A stretch of 39,311 bases of DNA, from the NCBI GenBank assembly GCA_009602725.1, contig WELB01000014.1, positions 123,857-163,167 of the forward strand. The letters are read 5' to 3'. Source of the stretch: Spirogloea muscicola. Taxonomy: Eukaryota. The first letter of the stretch is position 1. Each line of letters starts with the position of its first letter. Shown here piece after piece: positions 33,840 to 39,311 of the stretch. Under the pieces are notes generated by a model. The model ran no database searches and was not told the origin of the DNA. It worked only from the letters and a program-made list of their open reading frames with translations. The translations under genes and the position numbers were made by a program.

Positions 33840-35845
33840 ATGTCCGCTGCGAGGCCCGCCGCGGCGGGAGTAGGGATCGAGCTCCTGCCGGACGACCTCC
33901 TGGAGCTCGTGATGCGACGCGCGCCAGTTGCCCGCCCCGCCCCGCCAGCAGCGGCGCCGCCTGCTTCGCCGAGGCGCCGGCGTGGCGCGACCTGCTCGGG
34001 CCCCCGCCGGCGGCCGCCGCCCCCGCGCTGGAGCGCCTCGGTCTCGCCCGCCGCCCGCCGTGCGAGGGCCTGGGCTTCCTGGCGGCCGTCCCGGGCCTCA
34101 CCGAGCTCCGCTAATGTTTGTTGGGGAGCTCGAGCCCCGCGGCAGACCTCGTTGCCCTCGGGCCGCGCCTCCGGCGGCTGACCCTGCAGGGCTACGGGAT
34201 GCACGGGCCTTTGCAGCGGCCTTACTCGGCTCACGGCGCTCGAGAGCCTGGCCCTGGACAGCCTGGAATTTGGAGTTGAGCGACAGCACCAGCCCTCTGC
34301 GCCGCTCTGTTGACTGTGCAGCCTTAATTTGCATGCGCATATGCATTGCAAGCATTACAGTAGGTAAAGGACTGGAGCTGCAATTGGTGCTGCAGAAGGG
34401 CATTTTCGGGTGTTGGCAGAAGAGCCTTGACCCTCGGCCTCCTGACGATGCAACACTACGGGCTAGCAGACGAGGACATGGGCATGAGCTCGTCACTCTG
34501 CAGCGGTTTGACGTGTCTGAAGCTCCTCCATTTGAACTCGAGGATAAGTAGTATGACTCGCTTATCAGACGAGGGCTTGCGTCACGTGGCAGACCATTCA
34601 CAGCAGCTTCGGGAGCTCAAGCTGGCAAATATTAGCACCATCACGAACGCTGGGGTCTGGCGGATTGCAGCCAATTGCCGCCAGCTTCAGAGTGTACAGT
34701 TGATGAGGTGCCGAAGGCTGTCCTGGTCCACGGATTTGCCGCTGAGAATACTGGCAGAGCGCCCCTTCCTCACCAAGCTGGTCACTGACCAGATATGGAT
34801 CAAGCACTTGCGCAACAAGTTGCAAGAGCTGCCTGAAGTGGCGCACCTGGAGGAAGTATCTTTGGTTCTGAATTCTTTTGGATTCCATGCAGAGTCAGAT
34901 GTCTTGGGTGCCTTCATCATCTCTTGCCCACGTTGAGTGATCTCTCCCTGGAAGATCCTAAGAATGATGGAGATGACTTTGTAGGGCAAGACAGGGACGA
35001 CTTGTTACCCAGTCGAAGCGGCCAGATGAGAGTTCTCACCACGTTCACCTTGAAGAACTAGAGCATCAAGTGGCCACGTCTGCTAGAGTTCCTCGCACTG
35101 TGCACCCCAAGTCTGCAGGCACTCCAGCTACATGAAGTCGGCTTCCATGAGGCCGCTGTTCCTCCCCACCACAAACTGCCACTCTTGCGCTCCCTTAGAT
35201 GCTCGCTCCGCCAAGTGAAGAGCACATGGAGCGGCAGTTCCTGTCCTTTGGGAATTGGTGCCCAAGTCTCACGTCCTTGAGCATCCTTGGCTCGAGATCT
35301 AAGTCGCCCTCTCGCATTAACAGCAAGACGTTGGTGGAGATGCTCAGCAATCTCAGCCGCCTGGTTGGTCTTGAGCTTGATGGCTCTAAATACTCTACAG
35401 ATGATACGCCTCTGGAGCTAGAATCCACTGATGCTCCTGACCTTTCGGATGCGTGGAGTAGCCTTAAACTTGACTCTGTCAGGAGTCTCTCCTGCCAGCG
35501 AATGCACGCCCAACACGTGCATCACTTGGTTAGTGCTTGTTCACAGTCGCAGGCACTGCACGTGCAAGGATGCCCCGGAATTGATTCGACTGTTCTTCTT
35601 GATCACGTACTCTCTACCTGCCCAAACATTTGCGAGATCGCCCTAGGTGCTTCTTACAAGTTCTTAGGGTGTAGAGTCCCGCTGACTACTTTTTCCAGGA
35701 CGTGCTACTTAGAGTTGTTTGACTCGCCTTGGCGGCTCTCAACCTTCTTCTCACCTCGCGATATCCAGCCATTTATCTTGCTTCACCTGACCCTGTGGAT
35801 ATCTATCATGTCCATTGTGATGGCAACCACGACAAAGATTTTTAA
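33840..35845 (+). pseudogene. F-box/LRR paralogue, copy 3; longest LRR array, several frameshifts and stops
   Basis: MSAARPAAAGVGIELLPDDLLELVMRR (F-box-like LPDDLL); LRR ORF pieces 34427-34936 and 35199-35867; frameshift at about 34932, TAG at about 35059, donor site changed to TTGAGC. Confidence 0.8.
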
Positions 35846-36289
35846 GGATCTGCTTTGCTTGTCATGAAGTACAAGTGAACTACGGTGTCCGTCACGTGCC
35901 TATGCATATGCTCTTACAGGCCAGCATGTTTCCCTTGCTATCTGCTCACATGCCACTTGACAAGTATCAGAATTCTCTGGACCAACAAGATATTGCTGCA
36001 AGCTTTATTAACATCTGCATCCTCACATTTTTGAAGGAGAGCGATGAAGCAGAACGCAAATTGGAGTATGAGGAATTGATGGCCATGAAGGAGACGGGTT
36101 TAGGGCCGGCCTTGCTGCAACGGCCCACAGTCATCGATGCGCTTAGCATTGTAATTTGGAGATGAGCTGGCTTCTCTCTCGCAGCCATCGCCTTCGAAAT
36201 TTATGAGAAATATGATATTGGAAGACCGGCGCTCTCGGGCCGGCGGCAGGATCTGGCCGCGGCCGGCGCGGGCGGAACGACTGGAGAAT

Positions 36290-36722
36290 CAAATCCGTGT
36301 ACTTGAAACAAACGAAGGTCAAAATGGCCAAGTACATGGGCAAACACATCTAATGACGTATATCACCCACTGCAAATTGACCCGCTCAGTAGCCACGGGT
36401 CAATTCATGAAGGACGCTATAAAAGAAAGTTTGTGCGCGCCCCTAGAGAAGGGGCTGGAAAATGCCAGCTCAACAAGAATGGACAAGGTCCAAAGAGCTG
36501 AAAGGTGCCGAAAAGAACGACTACACAGCTAGACACGAGACGACGCAGATGGTAGCTTGCTGCTGATGGTAGCTTAGTACTCACGAGCGAGCAGCAGCAA
36601 GTCCGAGTAACTCGCAGCTGGGAAAGAGGCAGTCCGCCTAGCTAATCGATGCCTTGATACCAGACGGCAGCTTGGAAGCCCTTCTGCCACCAACTAGAGC
36701 TCGCCCAGCTTTCTGGTTCAAA
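36290..36722 (-). mobile_element. Subfamily A 3' end split (36290-36415 and 36640-36722) by another subfamily's 3' end (about 36445-36640)
   Basis: Matches 23662-23785 and 23790-23868; the intervening piece encodes SYSDLLLLAREY*. Confidence 0.75.
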
Positions 36723-37274
36723 GCATGAAGCTGAAACTAGAGGGGGGGTGGCTCTGAAGGAAAACGCTCGGTAGTTGTACGATCGGCGCGGCGGGGAGAA
36801 GGGGTGACGGCCCGCGAAAGCAGGTGGCGCCTCATTTTTAAGTGCCACCCGAAAGTAACACATTTCAGCACCGAAGGGCGGCGGCAGCTGTTTTCTTCGA
36901 GGTTACTAGGTCCAATCTTTTTTTTGGGCTGGCTTCCCACAGCCACTGCTGTCAATCTGGAAGCGCTCTTTCTATAAGGTGATTCAACCTACCGGGCAAG
37001 CTTTTTTGGAGAAAAGAAGAGCTTTTGGAGAAAGCGCTCTTGGCCATTTCGGACCTGTTTCCAGCTGTCTGTTCGTAGCCCTTGCCCCTCTTGGGAGAGC
37101 CACTGTTCCTTGATGGCACAGAAATCTCTGGACCAGTAAGATATCGCTGCAAGCTTTACTGACATCTGCATCCACACATCATTGAAGGAGAGCGATGAAG
37201 CAGAAAGCAAATAGGAGTACAAGAAATCGACGGCCTAAGGAATGACGGGTTTAGGGTCGGCCTTGCTGCAACGG

Positions 37275-37329
37275 CGAAGTGAAATGAACAGCCGGATAAC
37301 ATCACGAAGTGAAATGAGCAGCCGGATAA
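37275..37329. repeat. Tandem duplication of a 30-bp unit (about 1.8 copies)
   Basis: CGAAGTGAAATGA(A/G)CAGCCGGATAA twice. Confidence 0.9.
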
Positions 37330-37554
37330 AGATGAGAAGCTATTCGAGATTAAGTCCATAGCTGTCAAAGGCCAGCCCGAGAAGTATCGCTGAACTAGGT
37401 CCACAAGGGCCGGAAACTGTAGAAAATGTAAATCCTTTTCGAAACTTTGGACGCTTTCAGTACCTCCAGATAACAAACGCAGATCGGACAAGACGGAGCA
37501 ATGCCGGTTAGCAGTCGCCCTTTTGATTGAGAAGACGAAGTAGCTATACTGAGG

Positions 37555-38150
37555 AGGGAAAAGCTTTCGCGGACTTGGAACAATTGAAGGCCAAAGTGGC
37601 TAAGTACAAAGGCACGTACATCTGATGACGTGCATGACCCACTGCAAATTGACCCGCTCAATACTCACGGGTCAACACATAAAGGTCGCGAATCGATGCC
37701 TGAATACCAGATGGCAAATGACAAACCCTTCTGCCACAAAGTAGAGCTCGCCCAGCTTTCTGGTGCAAAGCATGAGCTTGAGCACGCTGCAAACAGGCCG
37801 ACACTCGACTGTGCAAGAACGACCAAAAAGCAGCTGGTGCCTATCTCAGCCGGAAGCACATCTGCACGTTGTGCATAACCTAGATTGCCTATACCCTGAA
37901 GGAGAGTATGAAATCGAGGACCTAAACAGCCAAAATATCGACTGCAGCTGGCAGGAGCTAATAGCAGTGGGGGTAGTCGAAGTAATGCTGCAGCTTACTT
38001 TGCTCTGCACTCCTCACTGCGTGGCCAGCAATTTGGATCGATGCTGGACCTTTCAAAGCCTCCGTAACAAAAACATCAACCAAGCTCCGTAGTCCACCAG
38101 GTTGCAAGCCCAGGGTGCGGCGATGACGACGTCCCCACTTCTGGCTGAAG
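37555..38150 (-). mobile_element. 5'-truncated subfamily A copy (RLE C-terminus plus 3' UTR)
   Basis: LVDVFVTEALKGPASIQIAGHAVRSAEQSKLQHYFDYP versus VDIVVTEAYKGPASTHIAGHAVGSAEQRKLQHYSDYP; colinear with 23670-24250. Confidence 0.9.
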
Positions 38151-38394
38151 GGCCACCCCACTAAACGATACGGTCCAGTGGAGACAAACGTGGATAGCCT
38201 TTGGGAAAGGAAGAAGCTCCTCCAGAGGGGCCGAGGGCTTTGAAAGACCAGCCCACAGAAGAGTGGACAAGGTCTAAAGGAGCTGGAAAACGTAGAGATT
38301 ACTGAGGGTGCCTGCTTGGTAAGTTCTGCGAATGGCGGCTCAATAATCTCCTTCCAACAAACAAGGAATCACTAAGGATGGCCGCTCATCTAGC

Positions 38395-38630
38395 CCGACT
38401 TAGCAGCAGCAAGTCAAGAGTGGTAGTAGCCAGATAGCAGTCCCCCTGCCGATGCTGGATGCGGCAGCCAGGGCATGGCCAGCACGCAGATGCAAGGCGT
38501 GAGCCAAGAGGAAGCAGCTACCCAACGGGGCAAGGCCTTGGCTGCTGCCTCCGGTTTCCGTCACGGCGACGTCTATCCGCCTGCTAGCTATTCTGACTTG
38601 CACTTACTGACTCGAGCTTACTGTGAGCCC
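38395..38630. mobile_element. Back-to-back CRE-like C-terminal fragments (minus 38395-38505, plus 38528-38630)
   Basis: AHALHLRAGHALAAAS on minus; ALAAASGFRHGDVYPPASYSDLHLLTRAY on plus. Confidence 0.75.
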
Positions 38631-38719
38631 CCTTGCTGCCATCTTAGCAATTTAGGGGCCTAAACCCCGCTAAGCAGTCACGAAGGGGCCTGAAGATGCT
38701 ATGTCTCCTGTCCATGTCC

Positions 38720-39311
38720 ACTTCAGACGCGTCAAACGGCGGCAGAGTGTCGTGATGTTGCCCATGTCCTCGTCTGCCAGCACGTGGTGCATCGTCAAAA
38801 GGCCGAATGTCAGGGCGCTTATGCGAACACCAGGCACTGCCCTTCTGCAGCCATTGCAGCCGCAGTCTTTTCATGCTGTGCAAGTGCACATGAGATGACG
38901 GCCGCGCGATCCACAGAGCGGCGCAGGGGGCTGGCGCTGTCGCTCACCTCTCACCATCATGCTGCGCAGGGCCAGCCTCTCGAGCGCCGTGAGCCGCGAG
39001 AGTCTGCCGCCAAGGCCCGGGCATCGGGAGGTCTGCAGGGTCAGGCACCGGAGGCGCGGCGTGTGGTGGAGGGCAGCGAGACCTGCCGCGCCTCCGCTCG
39101 AGTCCCCGTCTAGGATCATGTGGAGCTCGGTGAGGCCCGGGAAGGCCGCCAGGAAGCCCGGGTCCTAGCCCCGCGGGCGGTTGGCGAGGCAGAGGCGCTC
39201 GAGCGCGGGCGCGGCGGCCGCCGGCGGGGGCCCGAGCGGCGGCGGCCCTCCGGCGCGGTGCCGCGCCTCCAGCGCCAGGCCGCGGCGGGCGCCGCGCACG
39301 ACGGCGCGCCA
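38720..39311 (-). pseudogene. F-box/LRR paralogue, copy 4; 5' end outside window, 3'-truncated
   Basis: WRAVVRGARRGLAL...LGPPPAAAAPALERL, in-frame TAG at 39165-39167 (GAG in copy 2), LTELH...TPRLRCLTL, then MHHVLADEDMGNITTLCRRLTRLK before homology stops. Confidence 0.8.

Overview
Eukaryotic, GC-rich, intron-containing DNA. A streptophyte green alga is my inference, from the plant-type A1 protease, TGCAG-ending introns and TTTAGGG-like repeats. One clearly intact gene: an 11-exon secreted nepenthesin-like aspartic protease (11156-15653) with a poly-Pro stalk, a His-rich heptad-repeat tail and one GC-AG intron. A disrupted 1-Cys peroxiredoxin (Prx6-type) lies at about 20296-20842, with a signal-peptide exon upstream. 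Four disabled F-box/LRR paralogues form two convergent pairs at the window ends, and orphan pieces of their flanks are scattered between. There is one near-full-length, frameshifted CRE-type (RLE-endonuclease) non-LTR retrotransposon (about 23660-27480, minus strand) and many 5'-truncated 3' ends from several related subfamilies. The most unusual signal is RNA-structure-like conservation in those 3' ends: a hairpin around the TGA stop, and a GGGCTG/CAGCCC hairpin that may form a pseudoknot before a TTC-rich tail (about 40 copies counted by eye, in tandem and back-to-back stacks). A D-armless tRNA-like element sits at 18463-18521. All calls are by eye; no database searches were run and fragment boundaries are approximate.
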